Positions 57,578 to 64,000 of a stretch of DNA of 64,000 nt are shown piece by piece. The position numbers were made by a program, and so were the translations under genes. The stretch covers positions 3,517 to 67,516 of the forward strand of contig CAIMWN010000266.1 of the NCBI GenBank assembly GCA_903845155.1. The letters are read 5' to 3'. Numbering within the stretch: the first letter of the stretch is position 1; every line of letters starts with the position of its first letter. The notes below the pieces were generated by a model. That model saw only the letters and a program-made list of their open reading frames with translations, was not told where the DNA came from and made no database searches. The stretch is from Oligoflexia bacterium. GTDB lineage: Bacteria > Bdellovibrionota > UBA1018 > CAIMNF01.

Positions 57578-58801
57578 ATGACAAAGAAGGAATTTATTGT
57601 CGGTCTCGACATTGGTACTACGAAAGTAGTTTGCTTAGTGGGTGAATATCACCACGACGGAAACGCAATTGACATTGTGGGATTTGGCCAAGCTCCTTCA
57701 GTCGGACTCCGCAAGGGAGTCGTCATCAACATCGATTCAACCGTGGATGCAATTAAAAAAGCGGTAAAAGAAGCCGAGAATATGGCAGGAATTAAAATTA
57801 ATTCTGCTTATGTCGGAATTGCAGGCACTCATATTAAATCTTTCAACTCATCCGGAGTGGTCGCAGTAAAAGATAAAGAAATTAATGCACAAGATGTTCA
57901 GCGCGTGATTGATGCAGCAAAAGCAATCATGATCCCACAAGATCGCGAAGTTCTTCATGTGATTCCGCAAGAATTCATCATTGATGATCAAGATGGTATT
58001 CGTGAGCCTATTGGAATGAATGGCGTACGCTTAGAAGCGAAAGTACATATCGTTACCGGAGCCATTAGTTCTGCCCAAAACTTAATTAAATGTGCAAACC
58101 GTGCCGGAATTAGTGTTACACAATTGTGTTTACAGCCCATCGCGTCTGCATATGCGGTGCTCACTCAAGATGAAAAAGAACTTGGTGTTGCTTTAGTTGA
58201 TATTGGTGGTGGAACTACTGATATTGCTATTTTCAGAGAAGGTTCACTCCTCTATACCAGTGTTTTACCGGTGGGTGGCGTTCATATTACGAACGACATT
58301 TCAGTAGGAATCAGAGCTTCCCTGGATGCAGCAGAGAAAATTAAACTCACCCATGGTTGCGCAATGGCTTCATTAGTAAAAGATGATGAAACGATTGAAG
58401 TGCCTGCAGTGGGTGAGGGAAAAGCACGTGTAGTACCTCGTAAAATATTGGCTGAAATTATTGAACCACGAGTGGAAGAAATGTTTTCACTCATTCAACA
58501 AGAAATTAATAAGTCAGGTTACAGCGATTTGCTTTCGGCAGGCGTGGTTCTTACCGGTGGAACAACACTGCTCCAGGGCATGATTGAACTGGGCGACTTT
58601 TTATTTGAAATCCCACTCAAGCGTGGCGTGCCTATTCGTTTAGGCGGCCTCAAGGAAGTGGTGAATTCACCGAAATTTTCAACTGCAGTGGGCTTACTGA
58701 AATATGGAGCTGAGCAAATGGATGTGATTCCTCAACATGAAGAGGGCATGATCGGTAAGCTTGGTGATTCAGTAAAAAGTTGGATGAAAGATTTGTTTTA
58801 A
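57578..58801 (+). CDS. ftsA: Cell division protein FtsA
   Basis: GLDIGTTKV, GLRKGVVINID, LVDIGGGTTD, GVVLTGG, amphipathic end WMKDLF. Confidence 0.99.
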   Translation: MTKKEFIVGLDIGTTKVVCLVGEYHHDGNAIDIVGFGQAPSVGLRKGVVINIDSTVDAIKKAVKEAENMAGIKINSAYVGIAGTHIKSFNSSGVVAVKDKEINAQDVQRVIDAAKAIMIPQDREVLHVIPQEFIIDDQDGIREPIGMNGVRLEAKVHIVTGAISSAQNLIKCANRAGISVTQLCLQPIASAYAVLTQDEKELGVALVDIGGGTTDIAIFREGSLLYTSVLPVGGVHITNDISVGIRASLDAAEKIKLTHGCAMASLVKDDETIEVPAVGEGKARVVPRKILAEIIEPRVEEMFSLIQQEINKSGYSDLLSAGVVLTGGTTLLQGMIELGDFLFEIPLKRGVPIRLGGLKEVVNSPKFSTAVGLLKYGAEQMDVIPQHEEGMIGKLGDSVKSWMKDLF

Positions 58802-58847
58802 GAAACAAAGTTAAGAAAAACAACAAACGTAAGGAGGCGTTTTACCT

Positions 58848-60251
58848 ATGTTCGAAATTCAAGAAAGCAAAATTTTAGGTGCGAAGATTAAAGTAATTGG
58901 TGTAGGTGGTGGCGGATGTAACGCTGTCAATACCATGATCCGTGCGGGACTCAGCGGTGTTGAGTTCATTGCGGCAAATACAGATAAGCAAGTGCTCTCT
59001 AGCGTACTTGCTCCCAACAAAATTGCGATTGGCCAAGAATTGACTCGCGGACTCGGTGCTGGTGCTAATCCAGATATCGGCCGTAAGGCAGCGCTTGAAG
59101 ATTACGCGCAAATTTCAGAAATGCTGACTGGAGCCGATATGGTGTTCATCACTGCCGGCATGGGCGGCGGAACTGGAACCGGAGCGGCGCCTGTGTTCGC
59201 AAAAATTGCTAAAGAAGTAGGCGCACTCACTGTAGGTGTAGTGACGAAGCCATTTCTTTTCGAAGGCAAAAAGCGCATGAAGCAAGCTCTTCAGGGGATA
59301 AATGAACTGCGTGAGAGCGTCGATTCATTGATCATCATTCCAAACAACCGCCTTCTTAATATTTCAGGCGCGTCTTTGTCGATGATGGAAGCGTTCAAAA
59401 AAGCAGATGATATTCTTTTGAATGCAGTTCAAGGGATTTCAGACCTGATTAATCACACTGGTTACATCAACAGCGATTTCGCCGATGTTCGTACCATTAT
59501 GGAAAATAAAGGTCTTGCATTGATGGGTATTGGTTACGGAAATGGCGATCACCGCGCAATTGAAGCGGCAACTTCCGCTATTTCTTCTCCACTTCTCGAA
59601 GATGTGTCGATCAATGGAGCAACCGGAATCATCGTGAACATCACAGGCGGATCAAATTTGACCCTTCATGAAGTAAATGAAGCGACTTCAATCATTCAAG
59701 AAGCGGCAGATGAAGATGCACAAATCATTTTCGGTACTGTCATTGATGAAACAATGAATGATCGTGTGAAAGTTACTGTGATTGCAACTGGCCTAGGTTG
59801 CGATGCAACAGCTGCATTGACTGAGATGAATAACCTTCGTCCAAGAGTTGATGCAAATGCTGCCGCAGCTGCACAGTTAAATGCTGCCAACACAGCCAAT
59901 GCCGCAGCTCACGCTTCAAATGCAGCTCCGACTGTAAATGTTACGAACGCCAATGTTTCAAATGCGATCAATACTGTGAATCAAGCTGCAGCAGCGATTG
60001 TAGTAGCGACCACAGAGAATCATGCTATCGCTCATGAACTCAATGCAAGCGTTGCAACTGATACTGCTCATTTGAATGTAAATGCACCTGTAAATGCTCA
60101 ACCAGTAAATACAGCTGCTACCAATGAGTCTCCCGAACTTGCTCGCGCTCGCGAGATTGCCAAGCGTCTAGGGATGATCAGTACCGACGGCCAAGATTTC
60201 GATGTTCCTGCGTTCATGCGCAGGGGTGCAGACAAAGACGCTAATATTTAA
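58848..60251 (+). CDS. ftsZ: Cell division protein FtsZ
   Basis: [14 protein letters not shown], tubulin motif [10 protein letters not shown]-terminal FDVPAFMRR. Confidence 0.99.
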   Translation: MFEIQESKILGAKIKVIGVGGGGCNAVNTMIRAGLSGVEFIAANTDKQVLSSVLAPNKIAIGQELTRGLGAGANPDIGRKAALEDYAQISEMLTGADMVFITAGMGGGTGTGAAPVFAKIAKEVGALTVGVVTKPFLFEGKKRMKQALQGINELRESVDSLIIIPNNRLLNISGASLSMMEAFKKADDILLNAVQGISDLINHTGYINSDFADVRTIMENKGLALMGIGYGNGDHRAIEAATSAISSPLLEDVSINGATGIIVNITGGSNLTLHEVNEATSIIQEAADEDAQIIFGTVIDETMNDRVKVTVIATGLGCDATAALTEMNNLRPRVDANAAAAAQLNAANTANAAAHASNAAPTVNVTNANVSNAINTVNQAAAAIVVATTENHAIAHELNASVATDTAHLNVNAPVNAQPVNTAATNESPELARAREIAKRLGMISTDGQDFDVPAFMRRGADKDANI

Positions 60252-60281
60252 CTTCAGATTTTTTTGTGAGGAAAAATTGGG

Positions 60282-60318
60282 AAACGCCCGGGAAGAATTT
60301 CTTTCCGGGCGTTTTTTT
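60282..60318 (+). terminator. Intrinsic terminator after ftsZ
   Basis: AAACGCCCGGGAAGA-att-TCTTTCCGGGCGTTTTTTT. Confidence 0.9.
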
Positions 60319-60332
60319 AATTTAATTGGCAA

Positions 60333-61982
60333 TCACTGGCCACTGTCGTCTGATGAAGGTTCAGGCTGTGGATCTGGTTCTGGTTCCTGAGCAGGCGCAG
60401 GTTCTTCTGGAGCAGGTTCAGGTTGTACTTCTGGTTGCGATTCCGGTTGTGGCTCTGGAGTAACTTCAGGCACATCGTTTCCGTTGTTATTGAATGAGTT
60501 ACTAGCATCCTGAGTGTTGTCGACCACTACGTTACCGTTATCGACTGGTGTTTCAGGATTAACTGGTGTTCCCGGGTCAACTGGTGTTCCTGGGTCAACT
60601 GGTTTTTCAGGATCGACCTGCGTTCCCGGATCAACGGTACCACCGTTCGGGTCAGTCCAATTTGGATCGGGTATGTTGCTGTCCGGAGGTAATACTTCGG
60701 GTTGGTCAATTTGCTTAAATAAATCAGTGACATCATCTGGAACCCCATCAACGGGTTGTACCGTATTCGTAGCGGGTTGATCATCTGCAATTGTTTGAAT
60801 TTGATTATCGAGATCATCAGTTACTGCGGTAATGGTGGTGGGGTCATTTTGAGTGTTGTCGTAATAGTTGTCGAACAATGGTGCTGGAGCGATGGAGTCA
60901 AAATAGTCCAGTTGATCGAACATCATGAACCAATACGAGGCGATAGAGTTTCTGATTCCCCAAGAAAAAGGCTGGGTAACCATAGTAAATGGATCCGTCA
61001 TCCAAAGATTATTGCCTTTCGGCCCTACTCTGCTTGCTTGTGCATTTAATTGTGCACGAAGAACAAGTAACTGTTTTGCGCTCAAGTAATCAATAAAGCG
61101 TCCTTTGAGCGTCGCTGGAGTTACGGCTTGATTTGGATACAGCAAAGCATAAGCGCTCATTGCATCCTTGAGCGTAGCTTGCAAGAGTGTTCTGTTGGCA
61201 GTGGCAGTTCGTGGCAAGCTTAAGATTTTTTTGTCGAGTGAAGCAGCAAGGATTTTAATCACTTTTGAAAAGGTAGTGATCTCGGTTTGAAAGGTGCCAG
61301 GCTGAGACAATAAGCTTTCGTGTTGGATGGCTGCAGCTACCAATAACGAGAAGTCATTCATGGCGGTATTTGCGCCGTAAAAAGCACGTTTCCCTGCAAA
61401 GTTAATCAATTTTTTGTTGTCCAAAATCAAAGTGAAATCGTAATTATAGTAATTTGCGTGCGCAATCTCCATGTAACCATTGAGCGTGATTTTCGCAGCG
61501 CTCACGATTTTTCTCGTTTTAAGAATTGAATTGAGATTAGCGGTGGCTTGGAGTGTGCTCTTGCTTAAAAGCGCATTTGCAAACTTGGGCGGAGTAACCA
61601 CTAAATCCGAGCTGGTTGAAGCGGTAGCTTTCTCAGCTAAAATCTGAGGAGTTGGTTTGTTATTGATCACACGATCTCTCAAAAAAGACTGAAGATCTGG
61701 TCCCAAAGTAGTGAGGGTTTTTCCAAGTGCAACAGAAGGCTCAGTTGCCGAATGAAAATAACTCATAATGCCGCCACATTGTTCTCCGTTTAGTTGCTTG
61801 TCGGTTAGGCCAGCATCAAGCAAGCAAGGTTGAAGTTCGGCCTTCAGTGCATTGTTGCTCATGATTTGCTTTGCTATCCCTTGGGCTTCAGTGGTAGTGA
61901 GTGGAGTTTGTGCAAATGAAACCTGCGGAAGTAATAATGACGCAAGTAGAGTGATGGTAATGAAGAGTGAATTACTTAACAT
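60333..61982 (-). CDS. Secreted hypothetical protein with acidic Pro-rich repeat tail
   Basis: GAGGTGA RBS, signal peptide SFA-Q; C-terminal VDPGTP and EPQP repeats. Confidence 0.8.
   Translation of the reverse strand: MLSNSLFITITLLASLLLPQVSFAQTPLTTTEAQGIAKQIMSNNALKAELQPCLLDAGLTDKQLNGEQCGGIMSYFHSATEPSVALGKTLTTLGPDLQSFLRDRVINNKPTPQILAEKATASTSSDLVVTPPKFANALLSKSTLQATANLNSILKTRKIVSAAKITLNGYMEIAHANYYNYDFTLILDNKKLINFAGKRAFYGANTAMNDFSLLVAAAIQHESLLSQPGTFQTEITTFSKVIKILAASLDKKILSLPRTATANRTLLQATLKDAMSAYALLYPNQAVTPATLKGRFIDYLSAKQLLVLRAQLNAQASRVGPKGNNLWMTDPFTMVTQPFSWGIRNSIASYWFMMFDQLDYFDSIAPAPLFDNYYDNTQNDPTTITAVTDDLDNQIQTIADDQPATNTVQPVDGVPDDVTDLFKQIDQPEVLPPDSNIPDPNWTDPNGGTVDPGTQVDPEKPVDPGTPVDPGTPVNPETPVDNGNVVVDNTQDASNSFNNNGNDVPEVTPEPQPESQPEVQPEPAPEEPAPAQEPEPDPQPEPSSDDSGQ
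60541..60638 (-). repeat. 18-bp in-frame tandem repeat, about 5.5 copies (V-D/N-P-G/E-T/K-P/Q)
   Basis: Plus-strand units such as tcaactggtgttcctggg repeated. Confidence 0.85.
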
Positions 61983-62541
61983 GAGTCACCTCACTGCGGA
62001 AATTGAAACCAATGTTTGTTGCTAAATTAGAATTCTTAGCTTGAACACTAGCAGTGGCTTTAGTGGAACTCAGATTCGATGGCAGTGGGCTGTATGCTTC
62101 GAGGAGCGGTCGTCCTGTTGGACCGGTAGGAGTGTTTTTAAGAACGACAAACTTAAATTTGATCTTGAGTGCGGTGGCTGGTTTGTTGATCTGCTTTTCT
62201 AGTGTTTTGGTAATGGTGCTGACGTTTTGGTTAATCTCCAATCCTGAGAATACTCTTGAGTGCGCGTTCACTAAAAATTTTCTGATGGCATTGTTGGTGG
62301 TGTCAGGTGTGTATCCCGCTTTGAGGGTTCCCATGGGTTTGCATACTACAGGAGCACGGTTCGCGTTTTCAGCACAAATTTCTAAACCAAAGGTGAGCGG
62401 CTGTACTGGCAGATTGAGGAATTCGACGGTGTGCCATTTCACTCGCAGTTGATCGTGATTACTAAGTTTGCTTGCTTGAGCGCTGATGCTCATCGCGAGG
62501 CCGGCAATTGTTATGGTGGACCAGATTCGGGAACTCATCAT
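61972..62541 (-). CDS. Secreted basic hypothetical protein
   Basis: Signal peptide, one Cys pair, 11-nt overlap with the downstream gene. Confidence 0.7.
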   Translation of the reverse strand: MMSSRIWSTITIAGLAMSISAQASKLSNHDQLRVKWHTVEFLNLPVQPLTFGLEICAENANRAPVVCKPMGTLKAGYTPDTTNNAIRKFLVNAHSRVFSGLEINQNVSTITKTLEKQINKPATALKIKFKFVVLKNTPTGPTGRPLLEAYSPLPSNLSSTKATASVQAKNSNLATNIGFNFRSEVTHVK

Positions 62542-62652
62542 TATTCAGCCTTTCGAAATAATTCTATTCGAAACGGATTTTATAATGAAGGAAGAATTTT
62601 GTACACACCATTAATTACACTAGAGTAGTTTAAATGTGTATCATTGAGTGGA

Positions 62653-64000
62653 TCAACGATTGGAGTTGGTTCGCTCGGGGCGAATCATTTCGAAAATGAT
62701 CATGAGGTGATCACCAAACTGTTGGTAATGAGCCAGCTTCGTAAAGAGAGTGCTGGAATTTCCCCACGTTTTATCCTGTTCCCCATAGGTGGTTTCTTCG
62801 AAAAGATAAACATGATCGTAGAGCCCATTTTTTAGCTCATCTTGAATGTTCTTTGGGTCCTGTTTGGCAGTACCGATGGTCATTGCACCCAATCCCAAGG
62901 AAGTAAATTGAACTGGACGGTCATAAATGATGAGGATTCGCTTGGTGTGTTTTTGTTCGATGAAATCGACGAGGAAATGAATGTCTCTATTCAGCGTAAG
63001 CGTGTTCACGAAATCCGTATTGATCGCTTGCGGCGCAAAAAGCACAAGACTGATCAGTGAATAAAGCAAGAGTTGCCCCTTTGCTTTTGGAAAGTAGCGT
63101 GCAATAGCGGTGAATGCGAAAAGGCTAGTGGCAATCGCAAAAGGAATGAAAAGTCGAATTTGCGTTGGATGATCATAAACTCCGGCATGGTGACTCAACA
63201 CAATCAGCATCTGAATAATGAGGGGGATAATGCAAAACCAAGTTTCGGCTAAACCAAAACGGAATTTTTTATAAAAGATGCACGCAATTCCCGCTCCAAT
63301 CATAGTGAAGGTGGCAATTGAGTTATAGGGCAGATTGAATTTGAAAATTCCTTTCACCATCACTCCTAAATGTTGAAGGATGTGTTGAAGTGAGAATGCA
63401 GCTTCATCTGGCGCATTTTCGAAGGAATTAGGAGTGAGTGCTCGTTGCCAGATGTGGAGAGACAGGGTGGCAACCCAAAACCAGATTTCCCAACGGGTAA
63501 AAATGAGACGGGCTTTCTTGCTGAGGATGGCTGCCATTAAAATCATGATTCCTGCGAGGAGTGGATTCTCGTAACGAATGTGAGAAAATGCAACTAAGGT
63601 GAGTAAAAAACAAGAAAGGGTTGCATTTGCACTTTCACTCTCTATTTCTCGCAACCATGCGAGCCCAAGCCAAAGAGAGGCAAAGAAAAAAGCGCTGGAT
63701 ACAATGTCGAAACCGCATGAAGTGGCAAAAATAAGAAAAACAGGTTGCGCAAAGAGGATCATGAGTGAAGAAATCGTTGAAATCATTGAGCGTGTAGCCG
63801 AGTAAGCTTTCCACTGAACCAAAATCGAAAATAGAAAGGTAACAAACAAATTCACGATCACTGCCGAAGACATTTTTACGCCGTTCACGAGGTGAGCGAG
63901 ATGGATTAGGTAAGGAAAGAAGAGAGGGCGGGTGGGGATTTCTAGATTGTTGGGATGAAAGGCATCGAAATAAAACTTTGCTTCGGTGATATTGAATGGC
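62653..64000 (-). CDS. Polytopic membrane protein, possibly GT-C (ArnT/PMT-like) glycosyltransferase; 5' end outside the window
   Basis: Frame stays open to the window edge (…PTRPLFFPYLIHL…); many TM helices; IRYEN and RLFIP motifs; soluble C-terminal domain. Confidence 0.55.
   Translation of the reverse strand, partial: PFNITEAKFYFDAFHPNNLEIPTRPLFFPYLIHLAHLVNGVKMSSAVIVNLFVTFLFSILVQWKAYSATRSMISTISSLMILFAQPVFLIFATSCGFDIVSSAFFFASLWLGLAWLREIESESANATLSCFLLTLVAFSHIRYENPLLAGIMILMAAILSKKARLIFTRWEIWFWVATLSLHIWQRALTPNSFENAPDEAAFSLQHILQHLGVMVKGIFKFNLPYNSIATFTMIGAGIACIFYKKFRFGLAETWFCIIPLIIQMLIVLSHHAGVYDHPTQIRLFIPFAIATSLFAFTAIARYFPKAKGQLLLYSLISLVLFAPQAINTDFVNTLTLNRDIHFLVDFIEQKHTKRILIIYDRPVQFTSLGLGAMTIGTAKQDPKNIQDELKNGLYDHVYLFEETTYGEQDKTWGNSSTLFTKLAHYQQFGDHLMIIFEMIRPERTNSNR

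Noticed and set aside
60541..60638. Tandem repeats as a CRISPR array
   Set aside because: The units are contiguous 18-mers without spacers, lie in frame within a CDS, and no cas genes are present.
62551..62573. Inverted repeat TTTCGAAATA...TATTCGAAA upstream of gene 62541
   Set aside because: AT-rich and imperfect; cannot be distinguished from chance without comparative data.
1..64000. Numerous 60-200 aa antisense or alternate-frame ORFs in the ORF track; also mobile elements and defence systems
   Set aside because: The ORFs shadow well-supported genes and lack RBS or motifs. No transposase, integrase, phage, restriction-modification or toxin-antitoxin signature was recognised.

Overview
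Gene-dense chromosomal window, roughly 43% GC by eye. It is most consistent with a Bdellovibrionota/Oligoflexia-like bacterium, inferred from a TIGR02147-type HTH gene, Flp/Tad pilins and many secreted hypotheticals. Housekeeping genes include alaS, ssb, ribD, pal, cpoB, tsaD, rsmA, smpB, rpoZ, proC, cinA, acs, tRNA-Lys(UUU) and ftsQ-ftsA-ftsZ. No CRISPR array, integrase, transposase or phage gene was seen. The best candidate for an undescribed system is the overlapping four-gene operon at 8146-12208, built as a duplicated pair A-B-A'-B'. A and A' share an RNPxxSExxLLYWRY motif. Lipoprotein B is a free-standing copy of the six-cysteine C-terminal domain of B'. B' also carries an HEMAH...YARTNPAEDFAES zincin metalloprotease domain. 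The operon follows a sigma28-like promoter. Other points of interest: a Bacteroidetes-type glutaminyl cyclase-like lipoprotein plus several Gln+1 secreted proteins; a sigma54-preceded SSB lacking the acidic tail; an orphan, heavily overlapping Flp/Tad pilin cluster; a matrixin with a putative inhibitor-like partner; a DedA-CHASE2 cyclase-cNMP-binding operon; a frameshifted TonB-like gene; a collapsed DUF421 remnant; and several structured intergenic segments. All family calls come from motif recognition by eye; no searches were run.
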